The notes beneath the pieces are model-generated. The model made no database searches and was not told the DNA's origin. It saw nothing but the letters and a program-made list of their open reading frames with translations. A stretch of DNA of 64,000 nucleotides from Vicugna vicugna (Eukaryota): contig MU058584.1 of assembly GCA_013265495.1 (NCBI GenBank), forward strand, positions 904,616 to 968,615, in the 5' to 3' direction. The position numbers were made by a program, and so were the translations under genes. Positions within the stretch are counted from its first letter, which is position 1. Each line of letters begins with the position of its first letter. Shown piece by piece: positions 62,311 to 64,000 of the stretch.

Positions 62311-62642
62311 GTCCTTGTTCTTACATACGCCTTTAGATCCACACTGCTTCTTTCTCCATTCCGCTCTGTGGCTAGAGACACTGGCATGACAAACGATCTA
62401 CCAGATTCCCTTGCCATCGTGGCTTCCAGTTGGCTTTGTCCCTTGGAAGGAGGAGGAGGAGATGGCAAGGTGGGTAAAAGGGAGACTGCAGTTTTTCTTC
62501 CTTGGATGTCCCTCGCTGGGCCAAGATTGGGAAGAGGCTGTGCTCCACTGAAAGTCACACCTTCAGCAGGTGCACCTCATAGCCATAGCTACAGCTGTAG
62601 CTCTCTCTGGGTTTTGGTATCTGCTCTCTCTTGCTTTTACTT

Positions 62643-62727
62643 AGGAAATCCCAAGGGTTTTAGGGACTCTGCACCAGGAATGAGGACGAAGACCAAATAC
62701 ATATTTATTACACATCACAGTATCACA
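62643..62727. mobile_element. MER21-like LTR end fragment
   Basis: GGAAATCCCAAGGGTTTTAGG...CCAGGAATGAGGACGAAGACCAAATACATATTT...ATCACA matches the MER21 terminus as recalled. Confidence 0.6.
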
Positions 62728-62788
62728 TCGACATGGCTAAAAGTGAACTTGTTTTCAAGATACGGTTTTGTTTGTTGTTTGTTCTCAG

Positions 62789-62983
62789 ACTTGAGAGCTA
62801 GAACCTCTCCTTTGTCATCATGACCATCCATCTCAGCTTATCTGGACATCATCCTGCAGTGCTTTGAAATCTAATTTCAGCCTTGAGGACATCCAGCACA
62901 GCGAAGGCCGGGAACCTTGCAACCCTTCCAAATATACCACTGACTTTCTGAGTGTGGCTTTCAATAGGGCCTTCCACCAGCCC
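62789..62983 (+). pseudogene. HSD17B7 exon 5 relic (T*ELEPLLC...LIWTSS...EPCNPSKY...)
   Basis: 195 nt like exon 5, about 148/195 identical, no indel; in-frame TGA 62792-62794; Tyr to Cys at 62918; no GT at the homologous donor position. Confidence 0.93.
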
Positions 62984-63604
62984 ACCTTGGTGAAATGAAA
63001 ATGGCAGGGAAGGGGTTATTTTATTATCATTTAGTTCCTGATTATAAGACCGACCACCAAAACAATTGCTGTAGTTTCAGAAAGTTCTTGGGCAAGCCAC
63101 TTGAGCAAGATGGCTGTGAGGGCAACATGGGATGCAAATGTTGCTACTTGGCATGGAAGAACATGTCAGAGCAACGACTAGGGGGTTCATGGCTCTCTAC
63201 ATACGTGTAGCTCATTTGCACGCATTCGGAAGCTCTCTGGGCATCATTTATCTAATGAATGCTATAAAGTAACAGACCTCTGCTGTGCAGCTGTCCTGGG
63301 CTCTTTATCTGAATTACCTCATAGGCTTGTGACATAGCTCTGATAGCTCCCTCTTCTGGGAGACCTGCCAGCCCTTCTGTTTATGAGAAGTAAAGCTTGG
63401 TAAAGGATGGAGCTAGGACCATGAGAGAGAACACATCTTTAAACTCCTGGTAATTCCTAGAGAAGCCCTATCTTGCTGAACTCTTTCCATCCATAACGTT
63501 TAATTTTCTTCCTCTACATGTTTAATGCCCTCCTTTTTAATCCAAATTTTACTCTCATTTTCCTTTAAGACTCGAGCTATATTTGTTTTTGCTTTTATTT
63601 CCAG

Positions 63605-63682
63605 ATGGACCTGGATGAAGATACTGCTGAAAAAAAAATTTTTTTTAACCAAATTTGCCAGAACTTGAAAAACATATTAGGG
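63605..63682 (+). pseudogene. HSD17B7 exon 9 relic (MDLDEDTAEK, then frameshifted ELEKHIR)
   Basis: ttccag|ATGGACCTGGATGAAGATACTGCTGAAA versus functional ttccag|ATGGACCTAGATGAAGACATTGCTGAAA; A/T-run expansion shifts the frame. Confidence 0.9.
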
Positions 63683-64000
63683 CAAGTAGTCGAGTCTAAG
63701 CTGGAGACGGTGCTCCCTGAAACACGATCACCTCCCACTCGCATGCCGAGAGTGGCTACATTGTCCTTGTGAGCACTGGTGGCGAACCACCCTCTGAGAC
63801 CACGGGGACACCTTCCTTTCTGAGCCATTGTTTAAGGAGACCTCTGTGTGTGTGCCGTCTAAAGAAAGTGAGGGAAATCCTTTGAGAAAAATATTCAAAT
63901 ATGAATGCTTACACATATTCTACATCTGTCTGATCTTTTATTAATAATATTAAAATACCTATTGGAATTATTAATTATTCTGCCCATGCTTTCCTACATC

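Larger units (their letters stand above)
61546..63772 (+). pseudogene. Unprocessed partial HSD17B7-like pseudogene (relics of exons 3, 5 and 9)
   Basis: Three segments align in order and orientation to HSD17B7 exons within this window, each behind a pyrimidine tract and AG. Confidence 0.9.

Noticed and set aside
62299..62823. 174-aa ORF overlapping the exon 5 relic
   Set aside because: Runs through repeat remnants and overlaps the relic in a different frame; no protein family resemblance.
61640..63600. Search for relics of HSD17B7 exons 4, 6, 7 and 8 in the duplicate
   Set aside because: No convincing match by eye; a sensitive alignment (LASTZ or TBLASTN) is needed before calling them deleted.

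Overview
Mammalian genomic DNA, probably a cetartiodactyl and tentatively a camelid (artiodactyl-type L1 3' ends, no ruminant or pig SINEs recognised). It holds two genes on the + strand. The first is the 3' part of DDR2, the collagen receptor tyrosine kinase: 11 coding exons from 551 to the stop at 26003, with a long 3' UTR probably reaching about 32.8 kb. The second is the complete HSD17B7 gene (3-ketosteroid reductase): CpG-island promoter at about 34.3-35.0 kb, 9 coding exons at 34702-53754, 334 aa. Downstream lies a dense retroelement stack (solo LTR, nested L1s, truncated ERV1 provirus). Beyond it is the most notable item: a degenerate, intron-containing second copy of HSD17B7, with relics of exons 3, 5 and 9 at 61546, 62789 and 63605. 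The exon 3 and 5 relics are about 76-78% identical to the functional exons with no indels; the copy carries a stop codon, a catalytic Tyr-to-Cys change and lost splice donors. Several small retrotransposition scars (an orphan retrocopy, inverted L1 insertions, a fold-back junction) are also visible. Coordinates and identities were read and counted by hand; comparisons to human or mouse sequences and repeat family names are from memory and need database confirmation.
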